Below, one piece after another: positions 63,149-64,000 of a stretch of DNA of 64,000 nucleotides. Origin of the DNA: Syntrophales bacterium (GTDB lineage: Bacteria; Desulfobacterota; Syntrophia; Syntrophales; UBA4778); NCBI GenBank assembly GCA_041946925.1, contig JBHGBI010000001.1, positions 32,884 through 96,883 on the forward strand. Reading direction: 5' to 3'. Both the position numbers and the translations under genes were made by a program. Below the pieces are notes generated by a model. The model did not search any database. It was not told the DNA's origin and saw nothing but the letters and a program-made list of their open reading frames with translations. How positions within the stretch are numbered: position 1 is the stretch's first letter; every line of letters starts with the position of its first letter.

Positions 63149-64000
63149 ATGCCGAAGATTGTCATTATCCAACCGTCTCATTACCGGAGCCGGTCCGATT
63201 TGACTGTGTATAAAAGCAGGAAAAGGCGCCTGGTTTCGCTTACCCTGCCGTATCTGGCTGCCCTTGTCCCTCCGGGGTGGGATATCCGGCTTATCGATGA
63301 GCAGATGACGGAGATCGATTTCCAGACCCCCGTTGATGTTGCGGCCATCACCGTATGGACGATCAATTCATTGCGGGCCTATGAAATCGCCGACGGGTTC
63401 CGCAGGAGAGGTATTCCCGTAATTGCGGGAGGACCCCACACCTGCTTTCATTCTGAGGAAACCGCGGAACATTGCGACGCGGTGGGCATCGGCGAGGGGG
63501 AGCATATTCTGCGGCAAATGCTTGAGGACGCCGCCGGTGGACGTTTGAGGAAATTCTACCGCTGCGCTCCTCTGGCATCCCTTGAGGGACTTCCGCTTCC
63601 CCGCTATGAACTTCTGGATTCTCGGAAATACGTTTTTTTCAAAACCTTCGCTGTTCAAACCTCCCGCGGCTGCCCCTTGAGATGCGCGTTCTGCTCCGAA
63701 CGTTTCTACCTCGGAGAGAATTATCGTTTCCGGCCGGTCGGGGAGGTGATCGAAGAACTAAAAACGACAAAAGCCCGCAATATCCTGTTTGCCGACAGTA
63801 ATTTCGCGGGGGACATCAATCATACTATGGAACTCATGGAAGCTCTTGTCCCTCTCAAAGTACGGTGGTCTTCTCTCTGGCCGGTTCATCTCTGTTCCAA
63901 TAAGGAATTCATGGACCTGGCCCAGAGGAGCGGGTTATTACACGTGAATATCGGAATTGAGAGCATCGATCCCGATGGTATCGGCGAGATGAACAAGAAA
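63149..64000 (+). CDS. B12-binding domain-containing radical SAM protein (5' part; runs off the right edge)
   Basis: Absent from the ORF track because it is open-ended. Manual translation gives MPKIVIIQPSHYRS...VAAITVWTINSLRAYEIADGFRRRGIPVIAGGPH (B12-binding-like N-terminus). This is followed by the radical SAM motif TSRGCPLRCAFCSE. The frame stays open to position 64000. Confidence 0.8.
   Translation, partial: MPKIVIIQPSHYRSRSDLTVYKSRKRRLVSLTLPYLAALVPPGWDIRLIDEQMTEIDFQTPVDVAAITVWTINSLRAYEIADGFRRRGIPVIAGGPHTCFHSEETAEHCDAVGIGEGEHILRQMLEDAAGGRLRKFYRCAPLASLEGLPLPRYELLDSRKYVFFKTFAVQTSRGCPLRCAFCSERFYLGENYRFRPVGEVIEELKTTKARNILFADSNFAGDINHTMELMEALVPLKVRWSSLWPVHLCSNKEFMDLAQRSGLLHVNIGIESIDPDGIGEMNKK

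Noticed and set aside
1-64000. Scan for CRISPR arrays, tRNA/rRNA genes, transposases, integrases, toxin-antitoxin pairs and phage genes
   Set aside because: I saw no regularly spaced direct repeats, no cloverleaf-compatible conserved tRNA motifs in the intergenic regions, and no ORF with transposase, integrase or toxin signatures. Absence is judged by eye only. tRNAscan-SE, Infernal and ISfinder searches would be decisive.

Overview
This is a chromosomal window from an anaerobic diderm bacterium. Core genes look roughly 55-60% GC by eye, with a few visibly AT-richer genes. The gene content includes selB-fdhD, an ADP-forming acetyl-CoA synthetase, BKACE/thiolase/DUF35 genes, several sigma-54-type promoters and a PEP-CTERM protein. 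That content suggests a Desulfobacterota (Syntrophia-like) organism, but this is inference only.

Layout:
- 1-3.0 kb, minus strand: yhaM-like fragment, fdhD, selB.
- 3.1-4.7 kb: ruvX, mltG.
- 4.8-21.9 kb: a complete, tightly packed dcw cluster (mraZ-rsmH-ftsL-ftsI-murE-murF-mraY-murD-ftsW-murG-murC-murB-ftsQ-ftsA-ftsZ) with no ddl.
- 22-26.4 kb: a sigma-54-driven orphan gene, a PEP-CTERM protein, and porin-glnK-amtB.
- 26.7-32.8 kb: an uncharacterised C-C-bond metabolic cluster (KPR-like reductase, BKACE, Cys-less HMGCS-like::DUF35 fusion, SCP-x-type thiolase, DUF362).
- 32.8-37.7 kb: doxX, asmA-family, eamA, DUF1059.
- 37.7-41.5 kb, minus strand: ykgJ, a nucleotidyltransferase-like::CDP-alcohol phosphatidyltransferase fusion, mnmA, an Rrf2 regulator.
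- 41.7-43.2 kb: bioB with a BirA-type operator, a split thioredoxin-fold ORF, an FmdB zinc ribbon.
- 43.5-45 kb: a Tat-exported flavoprotein.
- 45.3-50.3 kb: LytS/LytTR two-component system plus cstA (BtsSR-BtsT-like), with direct-repeat boxes.
- 50.4-57.4 kb: OMPs, ADP-forming acyl-CoA synthetase subunits, two periplasmic proteins sharing a 2-Cys module, a flavin reductase.
- 57.5-61.7 kb, minus strand: mlaE-mlaF-mlaD-mlaC-mlaA. MlaF carries a degenerate GGDEF-like C-terminal domain and there is no mlaB.
- 62-64 kb: a second CDP-alcohol transferase fusion paralog next to a B12-binding radical SAM gene that is cut by the window edge.

I recognised no rRNA, tRNA, CRISPR array, transposase, integrase or phage genes. 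Many long ORFs in the track are antisense or alternate-frame shadows of GC-rich genes and were not called. Start codons were re-chosen by hand where an internal Met with a Shine-Dalgarno sequence or a stop/start overlap fitted better than the longest ORF.
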